A DNA stretch of 64,000 nucleotides from an uncultured Actinomycetota bacterium (GTDB lineage Bacteria > Actinomycetota > Humimicrobiia > Humimicrobiales > Humimicrobiaceae), in assembly GCA_964610385.1 (NCBI GenBank), contig CAZSXW010000006.1, positions 17,534-81,533 on the forward strand, in the 5' to 3' direction. The translations under genes were made by a program, and so were the position numbers. How positions within the stretch are numbered: the first letter of the stretch is position 1; every line of letters begins with the position of its first letter. Below the pieces are notes generated by a model. It was not told the DNA's origin. It saw only the letters and a list, made by a program, of their open reading frames with translations, and ran no database searches. Below, one piece after another: positions 32,237 through 41,767 of this stretch.

Positions 32237-32581
32237 ATGAAAGATGAAAAGACAAAAATAGTATTATTTTGCGTCAATTGCAATAGAGATTCTCCACATA
32301 CGGTATATTATATAGGTAACTATCTGCGCAGTGTGGTCTGTGACAGCTGCCATAAAAAAATAGAGATTGACAGGCGTCATCTCAGAACTGTGTTTGCCGA
32401 GGACTTTATAAACAGGATTTTAACCAAACCGCATAGAATGACAGAGGATATGAAAAAAGCGATAGCGACACTGATGCCCTTTTTCCCCAAGAGACTGTTC
32501 AAGGAGCCGTTAAAAGTGATGAAAGAGATATATGCGGTATTAAAGAGGGAAAACGGCAATTCAAAAAAAAGAGGTAAGTAA
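32237..32581 (+). CDS. small zinc-ribbon protein (CxxC...CxxC)
   Basis: CVNCNRD...CDSCHKK. The ORF overlaps the E2 stop; function unknown. Confidence 0.35.
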   Translation: MKDEKTKIVLFCVNCNRDSPHTVYYIGNYLRSVVCDSCHKKIEIDRRHLRTVFAEDFINRILTKPHRMTEDMKKAIATLMPFFPKRLFKEPLKVMKEIYAVLKRENGNSKKRGK

Positions 32582-32591
32582 TTCAAAGAGT

Positions 32592-33248
32592 TCAAGTAAT
32601 CTTTAAAATTGGGATTTTGAAAGTATTTTCAAAGCTGTGTACTATTTGTTCTTTGACATCATGGATAGGGATATGACGATTAAGGATTTTTTGTATAGAG
32701 GTCTGGGGGTGGTTTTTTAAGCCGCAGGCTATTATATTATCATAATATTTCAGATCGTTATTTACATTTATTGAAAATCCGTGGAGTGTTATCCATTTTT
32801 TAACTTTCAGGCCGATTGATGCTATTTTAAAATTATTGACAAATATCCCCCGGTGTCTGATTACTCTGGTCCCCTGTATGTTATAATGGGCAAGTACTTC
32901 TATTATGACCTGTTCAAGATTATGGACAAAAAGGGTCAAATCTTTTTTTATCCTGGAAAGATTTAGAATAGTATAGCAGACCACCTGGCCCGGAGTATGA
33001 AGAGTGATATCACCACCGCGGTCGGACTGGAATAGTTCTATGTTTTGGTTTTTAAGTTTTTCTCTGGTGGCAAGCAGGTTGCCGGTACTCCTGTTACTTC
33101 CTATAGTTATTACCGGATAGTGTTCCAGGATCAATATTACGCCGGGATTATTATTTGATTTTATAAGTTCAAAAAGTTTTAGCTGCAGGTCATATGCTTC
33201 ATTATAGGAGATGAGACCAAGATCAAAACTTAATATATTTTTTTGCAT
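32592..33248 (-). CDS. lipB: lipoyl(octanoyl) transferase LipB
   Basis: LipB/LplA BPL-LPL catalytic domain pattern (ILEHYPVITIG; RGGDITLHTPGQVVCY; KIASIGLKV). Start trimmed to the internal ATG. Confidence 0.7.
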   Translation of the reverse strand: MQKNILSFDLGLISYNEAYDLQLKLFELIKSNNNPGVILILEHYPVITIGSNRSTGNLLATREKLKNQNIELFQSDRGGDITLHTPGQVVCYTILNLSRIKKDLTLFVHNLEQVIIEVLAHYNIQGTRVIRHRGIFVNNFKIASIGLKVKKWITLHGFSINVNNDLKYYDNIIACGLKNHPQTSIQKILNRHIPIHDVKEQIVHSFENTFKIPILKIT

Positions 33249-33407
33249 ATTTTTATGATCGATACTGTCTATTGTTTTAGTTATGGAAAAGGTAATATTT
33301 TGTTTTAGCGCTTTCATAATTTAGAATATTTTTGCTTTTTAAATTATTTTATCATATAAATAAATATTTTTTATTTTACGGTAACAGATAAAAGGAGTCC
33401 TAAAACT

Positions 33408-34796
33408 ATGGATATTAAAAAAGCAGATCTTGCAGTACTGGGCGGAGGACCGGGCGGATATGTAGCATCCATAAGAGCTTCTAAGATGGGTCTTAAGACC
33501 GTGGTGATTGAAAAAGAACATCTGGGAGGAGTATGCCTGAACTATGGGTGTATACCAACAAAAGCTATTTATCATGTAGCAGTAGTGTTAAATGAAATAA
33601 AAAAAGCAGAAGATTTCGGAATAGATGTCTCTAGGCCAAAATTGAATTTTAAAAAAACAATGGCCAGGAAAAACAGAATAGTCGAAATGCTGAAAAATGC
33701 GCTACAGTCTAATTTTAAGAAAAATAATATAGAACTTATAAAAGGGAGGGGCGAAATAATCGCCAAAGGTAAAATAGCGGTTAGGACAGATGATCAACAG
33801 GATATTGAGATTGAAGCAAAAAATATAATAATCGCCACCGGTTCTACTGCTGCAGATGTCAAGCCTTTTAGTCTATTGGAAAAAGGAGTGATGGATAATA
33901 CCGGAATATTATCTATTGAGGAAATACCGGAATCACTTTTGATTGTGGGAGGCGGGGTGGTAGGAAGCGAGTTTGCAAATATTTTTTCTTCATTTGGTAC
34001 CAGGGTTACTATAGTCGAGATGCTCCCTAGAATACTGTCAACCGAAGACGAGGAGGTCTCAAAAGTGATTCACAAGGTATTCATACAAAGAGGGATCGAT
34101 ATATTTACAGATACAGTAATAGAAAGAGTAGAAAAAAGCGGCGGAAGCCTTATCTGCACTTCCAGCAGTGGTAAAAGGATAACTGCAGATAAGGTGCTTA
34201 TATCAGTAGGCAGAAAACCAAATTCCAGCGGCATTGGTATTGAGAACATCGGCCTGGAAGTAGACCAGAAAGGTTATATAAAAACAGACTTACACCTCAA
34301 GACAAATATCCAGGGAATTTATGCTGTAGGTGATGTCATAGGGGGGCTGCAGCTTGCTCATGTAGCGTCTGAAGAAGGCAAGATTGCTGCAGAAAATATT
34401 GCCGGTAAAAATAAGAAAATGGATTACAGCATTGTCCCCGTAGCAGTCTTTACATACCCGGAGATAGGAAGCGTCGGACTTAATGAAGCCCAGGCAAGAA
34501 AAAAGAATATAAAGGTATGTACAGGAATATTTCCATTCAGCTCCAGCGGTAAGGCTTATATCACGGGAGAGACCGAGGGCTTTATAAAGATAGTCACCAA
34601 CAGCGAGACCGGAGAAATACTCGGAGCCCAGATGATAGGGCCAAGGGCGACTGATTTGGTACATGAGATTGCCGTGGCGATGAAGGGAGAGATATTGGTG
34701 GATGATCTTGTTTCAACCATCCATTCTCATCCTACATTCTCTGAATCAGTTTTAGAAGCTGCAGAAGATTGTTTCGGGATAGCTACTCATAAGTGA
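33408..34796 (+). CDS. lpdA: dihydrolipoyl dehydrogenase E3
   Basis: FAD motif GGGPGGY, redox disulfide GGVCLNYGCIPTK, NAD-binding GGGVVGSE and C-terminal HPT.SE. Confidence 0.9.
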   Translation: MDIKKADLAVLGGGPGGYVASIRASKMGLKTVVIEKEHLGGVCLNYGCIPTKAIYHVAVVLNEIKKAEDFGIDVSRPKLNFKKTMARKNRIVEMLKNALQSNFKKNNIELIKGRGEIIAKGKIAVRTDDQQDIEIEAKNIIIATGSTAADVKPFSLLEKGVMDNTGILSIEEIPESLLIVGGGVVGSEFANIFSSFGTRVTIVEMLPRILSTEDEEVSKVIHKVFIQRGIDIFTDTVIERVEKSGGSLICTSSSGKRITADKVLISVGRKPNSSGIGIENIGLEVDQKGYIKTDLHLKTNIQGIYAVGDVIGGLQLAHVASEEGKIAAENIAGKNKKMDYSIVPVAVFTYPEIGSVGLNEAQARKKNIKVCTGIFPFSSSGKAYITGETEGFIKIVTNSETGEILGAQMIGPRATDLVHEIAVAMKGEILVDDLVSTIHSHPTFSESVLEAAEDCFGIATHK

Positions 34797-34914
34797 TGTA
34801 AATAATGGGAGCCTGTGTTTAAATACTTTGACATAATATGAAGTTATGTTAGAATTATTTTCCTAAATCTAAAATATTATTATTTTATTAAAATATAAGA
34901 TATTTAAGATTTCT

Positions 34915-35283
34915 ATGAATACTGACAGTTCGGTAGTTTTAACCAAAAGGGTAATAATAACGTCATCTAATCCTGTTGCCAAAGAAGATTTTGTCAAGAA
35001 AATTAAGGAATTTGCTAAAAATATTATTGCTTTCCTGAAAAAGAACGGCTGCAGGAGATTAGGTCATATGAAATTGATCTCTACTACTGACGGAGAAGAT
35101 TATCTGCAGCTCAGTATTTTAGGTATGACCCAGAGTCCTAAAATACAGGGCATCCTAAAAAAAACTTTCGAAAAAATCAAATTGACCCTTAATATAATCG
35201 AATTTGGGGTCGGTAAGGAAATCATAGACAGTAAAGTTAATGAAGAAATAAAAAACATGCAGACTTATTTTGTCAATAAGTAA
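34915..35283 (+). CDS. hypothetical protein
   Basis: ORF only; no recognisable family. Confidence 0.3.
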   Translation: MNTDSSVVLTKRVIITSSNPVAKEDFVKKIKEFAKNIIAFLKKNGCRRLGHMKLISTTDGEDYLQLSILGMTQSPKIQGILKKTFEKIKLTLNIIEFGVGKEIIDSKVNEEIKNMQTYFVNK

Positions 35284-35306
35284 ATTACTGATTTTATGTA
35301 ATGATT

Positions 35307-35933
35307 TTACCTGTCACTATCGTATTTGAATTCAAAATCCGATGGAAGATACTTCAAGTATATGAACTTTGATATATTTCTATAATCTATATCCAGAAGA
35401 TCTTCCGGGTCGAGGTATTTATTATCATATATTACGCCGAAGTGAAGATGACACCCTGGACTTGAAGGGTCATCATCTGCACCTATAGAAGCGATCACTT
35501 CACCCTGTCTTATATATTTGCCGGTAAATACATAGATATTCATAAGGTTAAGATAAGTAGTCCTGATTTTTTGATTGTGCTTTATTACCAGTGTTCTCCC
35601 TCCTATGGGGGAAAAGCCTATATAACTGACTATACCGCTGCCGGCTGCGCGTACCTTCTGGCCGTATTTTCCTTCTATGTCTATTCCGGTATGTTTATAA
35701 TCTTTTCCCTTCTCCTCATCCCGGTATGTTTGTCTAAAGCCGACTATTGTTTTACCTTCGAGAGGCATAATAAATGGAATTTTGTAGTCAGGATAAAGCG
35801 GTGATTTCAGAGCGGTCAGAATATAGACCAATAACAGCAGGAATATAATCGGACCTGTAATGCGGGTTCTTTTAATACCGGCGAAAAGATCTTTGTGTTT
35901 TTGCTTTGCAGTCGCCCTGTACTTTTTTATCAT
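35307..35933 (-). CDS. M23 family metallopeptidase (LytM-like), membrane-anchored
   Basis: HTGIDI...G.V...G...GG..L.I.H...... and HLHFGV motifs. Confidence 0.75.
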   Translation of the reverse strand: MIKKYRATAKQKHKDLFAGIKRTRITGPIIFLLLLVYILTALKSPLYPDYKIPFIMPLEGKTIVGFRQTYRDEEKGKDYKHTGIDIEGKYGQKVRAAGSGIVSYIGFSPIGGRTLVIKHNQKIRTTYLNLMNIYVFTGKYIRQGEVIASIGADDDPSSPGCHLHFGVIYDNKYLDPEDLLDIDYRNISKFIYLKYLPSDFEFKYDSDR

Positions 35934-36105
35934 AAAACAGTCTGTCAGTTAATCCTTTTTTATATCAGGCATTAAGTATATATCATAAACGTAATTATGT
36001 AAATACATATATAAACAATAGCATATAATAATAAAGGGGAGTTTTACTATTTGAGTGTTAAACCTTATAATTATAAATGTCTATAATTCTACGAGAGGAG
36101 TAAAT

Positions 36106-37023
36106 ATGAGCAGTAATATAAAGGAAATACTCTCATGGTATAAAAGCGAAAACCCTGGAACCATCAGGAATCTATACAGCATGTTGATGCACGGAAAATT
36201 GGGCGGTACCGGCAAACTTGTGATCCTGCCCGTAGATCAGGGATTTGAACATGGACCTGCAAGAAGTTTTGCACCAAATCCGGATGGCTATGACCCGACC
36301 TATCACGTAAAACTGGCAATCGATGCCGGCTTGAATGCACATGCAGCGCCACTCGGATCGATACAGATAATCGCAAAGGAATATGCCGGACAGATCCCTC
36401 TTATTTTAAAGGCAAACAGCCATGATGTAATGGACAACAGTTCTGACCCGATACCGGCTGTGACTGCTTCTGTAGAAGATGCTTTAAAACTTGGATGCGC
36501 TGCAATCGGTTTCAGCATTTATCCAGGCAGTGCTAATTTTAAACGGATGTATGAGGAGATAAGAGAAATAGCCCTTGAAGCGAAAAGAAACGGCCTGGTA
36601 GTGGTAATATGGTCCTATCCAAGAGGATCGGGCCTGTCAAAAAAGGGAGAAACTGCAGTGGATATAGTAGCCTATGCAGCACAGATCGCAGTCCAGCTGG
36701 GTGCGCATATAATAAAAGTAAAACCGCCTACCGAGCACATAGAGCTTGAAGAGGCAAAAAAGGTATATGAAAAGTACAATATTCCCATAGATACACTGGC
36801 CGATAGAGTGAGACATGTAGTACAGAGTGCCTTTGATGGAAAGAGGATCGTTATATTTTCAGGCGGCCCGGCGAAAGGCAGAGAAGAAGTGATCGAGGAA
36901 ATAAAGCAGATAAACAAAGGTGGAGGATTCGGCTCCATAATCGGAAGGAATTCTTTCCAGAGACCAAGGGAAGAAGCTCTGGATTTTCTTAGTGAAGTGC
37001 TTGAAGTTTACAGTGGAAATTAA
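36106..37023 (+). CDS. fbaB: class I fructose-bisphosphate aldolase (FbaB/DhnA archaeal type)
   Basis: The ILPVDQGFEHGP block and overall colinearity with E. coli FbaB. Start set at the ATG with a GAGGAG Shine-Dalgarno sequence. Confidence 0.8.
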   Translation: MSSNIKEILSWYKSENPGTIRNLYSMLMHGKLGGTGKLVILPVDQGFEHGPARSFAPNPDGYDPTYHVKLAIDAGLNAHAAPLGSIQIIAKEYAGQIPLILKANSHDVMDNSSDPIPAVTASVEDALKLGCAAIGFSIYPGSANFKRMYEEIREIALEAKRNGLVVVIWSYPRGSGLSKKGETAVDIVAYAAQIAVQLGAHIIKVKPPTEHIELEEAKKVYEKYNIPIDTLADRVRHVVQSAFDGKRIVIFSGGPAKGREEVIEEIKQINKGGGFGSIIGRNSFQRPREEALDFLSEVLEVYSGN

Positions 37024-37121
37024 AACTCTAAAGAATTTTTAAGGTGAAAAAATTTTTTTTAAGGTATAATTTTTATATCTAAATAATTTTTTAAATTATC
37101 AATATTATTCTGGGGGATATT

Positions 37122-38201
37122 ATGAAAAGAAATAAGCTGTATGTCATTATTGCTATCCTAGCAATAATAAGTTTATTTAGTTTCTCAGCTCTCTGCAGTG
37201 ATTGGAAAGCAACTGGTGATGAAGAGGTAGATGTAGAGGAAGAAGCCGAAGAGGAAGCTGAGGAAGAAGCCGAAGAGGAAGCTGAAGAAGAAACCGAGGA
37301 AGAAGCCGAAGAGGAAGCTGAAGAAGAAACCGAGGAGGAAGCCGAAGAGGAAGCTGAAGAAGAAACCGAGGAGGAAGAAGAAGAAAAGACAGCACCTACC
37401 ATTAGTCTTGAAATATACCAGGATGCTACTGCTACTGACGGCATATGTTTCTACCGGGTACAGGCAAATGTCACTGGTAATCCTTCTCCTTCTGTAACTT
37501 GGAATAAAGATGATAGCGGCAGTGCCTGGGGTACTAGAAAAGCACAGGTAAATCTCAATGATCCGAGTGAGACGTTCACTCTTATAGGCACTGCTACAAA
37601 TTCAGAAGGGACCGCAACAGATTCGATTACCTTGAGCTGGGGATGTGCAATACCTGAGCCAGAGCCAACTGAAGTAGAAGATGAATTTCCAGCTGAAGTC
37701 AGCAATTGTGGTTATATATTTCAAGATACAGGAGCATATTCAGGTACAGATATAGTATATGTTGGTGATACTTCTGGTGATAAGATCATTAAGGGTTATC
37801 TAAGTTTTGATATTAGCAGCATAAGTTCTTTAGAAGATATAACAATTACTGAAGTCAGAGTAGTAGTTCCAGGGGTTATAGTAGCATACGGGTCTCCCTG
37901 GCTTGCCGGTAATTTACTGAATATTAAAGTCTATTATTATGGAGAAACATTGGACGAGCCTGCTGATTTCGCAGTAGGAGGCGAACTTGTAAAGACTTTT
38001 AATACCTCTGATACTATAGATAATTTCACATTTTCTACCAGTAGTCTTAAAGGAGCACTCCAAGATGCTGTAAATGTAGGAAGAGAGGATTTTCAATTTA
38101 AATTTGGTCTTAATAATTACAGTAACAACCATGATGCTGATTGTTATAGATTTACACCGAGTGATTGCAAACTAGAAGTGACATATGAAATTGTAGAATA
38201 G
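37122..38201 (+). CDS. lipoprotein with an EEEAEEEAEEET acidic repeat linker and a two-domain C-terminal body; paralogue of the 51044 gene
   Basis: Signal peptide with lipobox FSALC, then an acidic repeat, then the same conserved core as the 51044 gene (conserved blocks given in the paralogue finding). Confidence 0.5.
   Translation: MKRNKLYVIIAILAIISLFSFSALCSDWKATGDEEVDVEEEAEEEAEEEAEEEAEEETEEEAEEEAEEETEEEAEEEAEEETEEEEEEKTAPTISLEIYQDATATDGICFYRVQANVTGNPSPSVTWNKDDSGSAWGTRKAQVNLNDPSETFTLIGTATNSEGTATDSITLSWGCAIPEPEPTEVEDEFPAEVSNCGYIFQDTGAYSGTDIVYVGDTSGDKIIKGYLSFDISSISSLEDITITEVRVVVPGVIVAYGSPWLAGNLLNIKVYYYGETLDEPADFAVGGELVKTFNTSDTIDNFTFSTSSLKGALQDAVNVGREDFQFKFGLNNYSNNHDADCYRFTPSDCKLEVTYEIVE
37238..37385 (+). 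repeat. in-frame tandem DNA repeat, about 4 copies of a 36-bp unit (gaagccgaagaggaagctgaagaagaaaccgaggag)
   Basis: Read directly from the sequence; it encodes EAEEEAEEETEE units. Confidence 0.7.
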
Positions 38202-38244
38202 TTTATTGATTATTTGATATTAATTATCTGATATTTATTCAATT

Positions 38245-38290
38245 GGCTCTGTGAATCGTTTTTATAAATGTTTCACAGGGCCTTTTTATT
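38245..38290 (+). terminator. putative rho-independent terminator
   Basis: Stem GGCTCTGTGAA / TTCACAGGGCC (one mismatch) followed by TTTTTATTT, downstream of the lipoprotein gene. Confidence 0.4.
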
Positions 38291-38392
38291 TAAAAATGTT
38301 ATAACAGTTAATATTCTTCAATATACACAGACTTCTAACTGCTGTCGTAAAGATTTATAATTAATGATGTTAAAATTTTAAAGGGAATAATT

Positions 38393-39439
38393 ATGAAACT
38401 ATACAGACTATATATTATAACTGCAGCAATAATCTTGGTTTTATTTTTTAGTTTTTCGACTGCCTGTGAAAAAGAATCAGTGGCGGTAGAGGAATCTGCA
38501 GGCGAAATAAAAGATATAATAACAGAGGAATTTGAAGATGAAGTTGCTGAAGAAGAAGGGGAAAAGCAAGCAGGAGAAAATGAGAGAATTGAAACAGAAG
38601 AATTCACAGAAAAGGAAAAACTGGACGAAATAGAGCAAACTTACTCAATAGAATTCAGGCAGTATCTGGAGACACTTGATAAAGACTATCTGGAGAGTCT
38701 GTTAGAGGATGATAATGCGGTAAAGCAGGAATACGATCTTTTTGACTGGCGAAACAAGTTTTATGAAAATAATATAATCTTTACAGCAGATGGGAATATT
38801 TTTCCCAGCGGCTGGTATGGATCGGGGATCGATGCCAAAGCTGAAAGCTTATCTCCGGGTGAGGTAGAAAGGTCTAAGAATATTATCGTTACTGCTCTTG
38901 ATAAATATCCTACTCTGCTGTTAAAAAATAATCTTAAGAATGTATATGTTTTGAAATCTATGAGTTTTTATGGAGTAAACTATGGAGGGACAAATTTACC
39001 TCCGGACATTGTTTATGTTGCAAACGACGGGGTAAGTATGGGATATATGGATACTGCTATAGAAAAGACATTTCACCACGAATTTTCTAGTGTATTGAAA
39101 TATAACTATGGATTTGATGAAACAGCATGGAGGCAGGTCAATCCAGTCGGATTTGTATATTTTGATGAAGCTACCGGTGGAGCGGGTGCGATAAAGGCAG
39201 GGAAAGCCTCCCAAACTTTTGATTCAAAGGAACATGAAATGGGATTTCTATATGAATATGCTGAGTCTACTCTTGAAAATGATCTCAACTCATTTGCTGA
39301 AAATATATTTATGGGGGAGGAAAGTTTTTTTAATATAGTAGAAAGCTACGACAAATTGAAATTGAAACTGGATCTTACCGTAGCTTTCTATAACTCGTTA
39401 GACCCCATGTTTACCATAGAGTACTTTAAAGGGCTTTGA
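38393..39439 (+). CDS. hypothetical lipoprotein with acidic linker
   Basis: Signal peptide with lipobox FSTAC, a Glu-rich linker, and a C-terminal domain of unknown function (HHEF but no full HExxH). Confidence 0.45.
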   Translation: MKLYRLYIITAAIILVLFFSFSTACEKESVAVEESAGEIKDIITEEFEDEVAEEEGEKQAGENERIETEEFTEKEKLDEIEQTYSIEFRQYLETLDKDYLESLLEDDNAVKQEYDLFDWRNKFYENNIIFTADGNIFPSGWYGSGIDAKAESLSPGEVERSKNIIVTALDKYPTLLLKNNLKNVYVLKSMSFYGVNYGGTNLPPDIVYVANDGVSMGYMDTAIEKTFHHEFSSVLKYNYGFDETAWRQVNPVGFVYFDEATGGAGAIKAGKASQTFDSKEHEMGFLYEYAESTLENDLNSFAENIFMGEESFFNIVESYDKLKLKLDLTVAFYNSLDPMFTIEYFKGL

Positions 39440-39456
39440 TAGTTTTTAAACCATAA

Positions 39457-39732
39457 TCAAAGAGATTTTTGATAATAATACGGGTGCCGGAATCTCCTGC
39501 CCTTAAAGGCACCACTTATAAAACCAGAGAACAATGCCAGAGCTATGGCGATTTTAAAAGAGGTAAACCATGAAATAGTCTCGGTTACCAGACCCTGTTT
39601 TACGGCTTCAGGGAAGATATCTGGTACCACCCAGGCCCACATTACTTTTACAAGAAAAAGGCCTAAAACTAAAACAATAGCTATTAGCATCAATGTCCCG
39701 GGTATTATTCCAAACCACAGTCTTCTTATCAT
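39457..39732 (-). CDS. small two-TM membrane protein
   Basis: ORF with two hydrophobic helices; downstream of the PadR and HicB-like genes on the same strand. Confidence 0.3.
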   Translation of the reverse strand: MIRRLWFGIIPGTLMLIAIVLVLGLFLVKVMWAWVVPDIFPEAVKQGLVTETISWFTSFKIAIALALFSGFISGAFKGRRFRHPYYYQKSL

Positions 39733-39753
39733 TTCTTACATACCTCCTGTATT

Positions 39754-39918
39754 TTAGATATTTTTCGATTTATTATTTGTCAATGAATCAATATATGAGT
39801 AAACTGTATTTTTAAAATCTTTGATTGCTTCGGATCTAGTTTTTCCCGAACTTATTATTATGGGAGATTCCCATATGATATAGTAATCGCCAGACTCGTC
39901 ATCAAACATGATCTTCAT
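39754..39918 (-). CDS. HicB-like/UPF0150 small protein (54 aa), missing from the ORF track because it is under 60 aa
   Basis: Hand translation gives MKIMFDDESGDYYIIWESPIIISSGKTRSEAIKDFKNTVYSYIDSLTNNKSKNI. The pattern (E.G.YYI..ESP...S.G.T..EA...) resembles HicB-N/UPF0150. Confidence 0.3.
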   Translation of the reverse strand: MKIMFDDESGDYYIIWESPIIISSGKTRSEAIKDFKNTVYSYIDSLTNNKSKNI

Positions 39919-39965
39919 TTTTTTTCCATTTTGCAGCTTCTTATTTATAATTAAGTATATCCTTC

Positions 39966-40481
39966 TTATTCTTCTTCTAGTATGGATTCTATTTCCTGTC
40001 GCGCTTTTTCAATAATCTTTTTTACTCTTTTCATTTTTTCAGGGCTGGTATTTCTCATTCTAGGCCCTAAAGATCTTCTCATTTTTATAACTTCGCTAAC
40101 TATCTGACCGATGATCTCAAAATTTCCATGATCCCATTGATGTCTCATATGACTTTTTACTTCATCTGCAAATTCACTGCGTTCACTTAGGAATTCAAGG
40201 CCCTGCTTTGTTATTTTATATACCTTCTTACCGTCTCTCTCCTTAGAAGTCGCATAACCCATTTCTTCAAGCATCTGTAGAGTAGGATAAACGGTACCGG
40301 CACTGGGTTTGTAAAAACCATGGGAACTTTCTTCCAGGTGACGTATGATCTCATATCCGTATCTTGGCTTCTCTTTCAGCAGATCCAGAATTACATATTT
40401 TAGATCTCCCTTCTGGAAGGGACTGTCATATCTAAAACCGTTAAAGAATCTTTCTCTTCTAAAAAATCTATCACGGAACAT
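39966..40481 (-). CDS. PadR family transcriptional regulator (with C-terminal extension)
   Basis: PadR pattern DLLKEKPRYGYEI...HGFYKPSAGTVYPTLQMLEEMGY...KKVYKITKQG. Confidence 0.75.
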   Translation of the reverse strand: MFRDRFFRRERFFNGFRYDSPFQKGDLKYVILDLLKEKPRYGYEIIRHLEESSHGFYKPSAGTVYPTLQMLEEMGYATSKERDGKKVYKITKQGLEFLSERSEFADEVKSHMRHQWDHGNFEIIGQIVSEVIKMRRSLGPRMRNTSPEKMKRVKKIIEKARQEIESILEEE

Positions 40482-40516
40482 TCAAATCACTCCTCCTAAT
40501 ATAATATATCAAGTAT

Positions 40517-40536
40517 TATCACGATATATCGTGATA
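40517..40536. promoter_or_regulatory. perfect 20-bp palindrome TATCACGATATATCGTGATA, candidate PadR operator
   Basis: Seen in the sequence 36 bp upstream of the PadR start codon. Inverted repeats of this size are typical PadR operators. Confidence 0.45.
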
Positions 40537-40749
40537 TATTATAATCAATTTTCTTATCATGTCAAGTATTTTGTATAAATTTTTTACCGACAAGATTGCA
40601 GGTGCTGTATAAAATTTTTTGAGTCTACAGGTTTGAACTCTTGCCCTACAGTATGTCGTATATTTATATAGATATTGTCATAATAGTATGGTATGTTTTA
40701 TTCAGGCTGAGATTTTTAATAATTATTAAACATTGAAAGAGGAGTAGAT

Positions 40750-41331
40750 ATGAGAGCAGTCCGATTTATTATTAGAGTATTTAGACTGATTGGATCTCTA
40801 GCTTTCGTACTCGGGCTTTTTACCACTATCTTTGCAGGGATACCCTGGTATGTCTATCATGAACCGATCACGCCCTGGTGGGTTAAAACTGCAATATACT
40901 GTGTTTTAGGTGGTGTCCTACTGGTCTTACTTACGGTAGCCGCAGAACATGGAAAAGGCAGGAATGGGGAAAGGGAGCTTCCAAATATTAAGACAGGATC
41001 CAGAATGTTGATCCAGACTTCTGCAGAAGTCCCCGGTCGAAAAGTGATTAAGACTTTAGGTCTGGTACAGGGACATACAATCTTTGCCATCTGGATTGGA
41101 AGAGACCTCTCTGCACTGGTACGCCTGATTCTTGGTGGAGAGTTAATTGAGTATACAGAGATGATGGGACATGCTCGTAAAATAGCTACTAGCAGGATGG
41201 TGGCAAATGCTGAGAAACTTAAAGCTGACGCTGTAATCAACCTGCGTTTTATGACCACCAGTGTCATGGGAAGTGCTGCCGAGCTGCTGGCATATGGTAC
41301 AGCGGTAAAGCTCAGCAGGTCAACTAAGTAA
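40750..41331 (+). CDS. membrane-anchored YbjQ/UPF0145 (DUF74) domain protein
   Basis: Two N-terminal TM helices plus a C-terminal UPF0145 pattern (KTLGLVQG...GGEL.EYT.M....R.A..RM...A..L.ADAVINLRF........GSAAELLAYGTAVKL). Confidence 0.55.
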   Translation: MRAVRFIIRVFRLIGSLAFVLGLFTTIFAGIPWYVYHEPITPWWVKTAIYCVLGGVLLVLLTVAAEHGKGRNGERELPNIKTGSRMLIQTSAEVPGRKVIKTLGLVQGHTIFAIWIGRDLSALVRLILGGELIEYTEMMGHARKIATSRMVANAEKLKADAVINLRFMTTSVMGSAAELLAYGTAVKLSRSTK

Positions 41332-41389
41332 ACTCCAGATTTACTATTCAGCTTCCATGAACTCGTCCGGATATCTAACGGTTCCGTAT

Positions 41390-41632
41390 TTACCTTCCAA
41401 TGATTTTTATCTTTGAAAAAAGAATATGTCCGACAATTCTGTTGCCGGAGACTGCTACTAGAGATAGGTCAGGAACGAAGTTACTGCCAGCTCTTATTTT
41501 ATCAATAAGCTTGCTCTCGTTTTCCTGTCCGAAGGCAAGTCTATTTATTTCATAAATCTCTTTGAGATTCTTTTTTTCTTCTTTTCTTATTAATATATCC
41601 ATGACGCATCTTTTTTCTGTTAATGATTTCAA
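41390..41632 (-). pseudogene. truncated GNAT N-acetyltransferase remnant (N-terminal about 80 aa only)
   Basis: Starts like a GNAT (ILIRKEEKKNLKEIYEINRLAFGQENE...LSLVAV) but stops after about 80 aa. No acetyl-CoA-binding motif follows in any frame. Confidence 0.4.
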
Positions 41633-41767
41633 AATAGTTTATTTGCCGATGGTTTTTGTCAAATATGATAAGAAATACTTGTCATATATAAAACCAATAA
41701 GAAAAAGTACTGAATCATTGTTAAAATAGGGTAATTTATATCTTTTATTCCCGTGAATAGAAGAAGG

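Noticed and set aside
37091-37444. Minus-strand ORFs (117 aa and 72 aa) rich in Ser and Leu
   Set aside because: They are antisense to the GAA/GAG-rich tandem repeat in the lipoprotein gene, so they are low-complexity artefacts.
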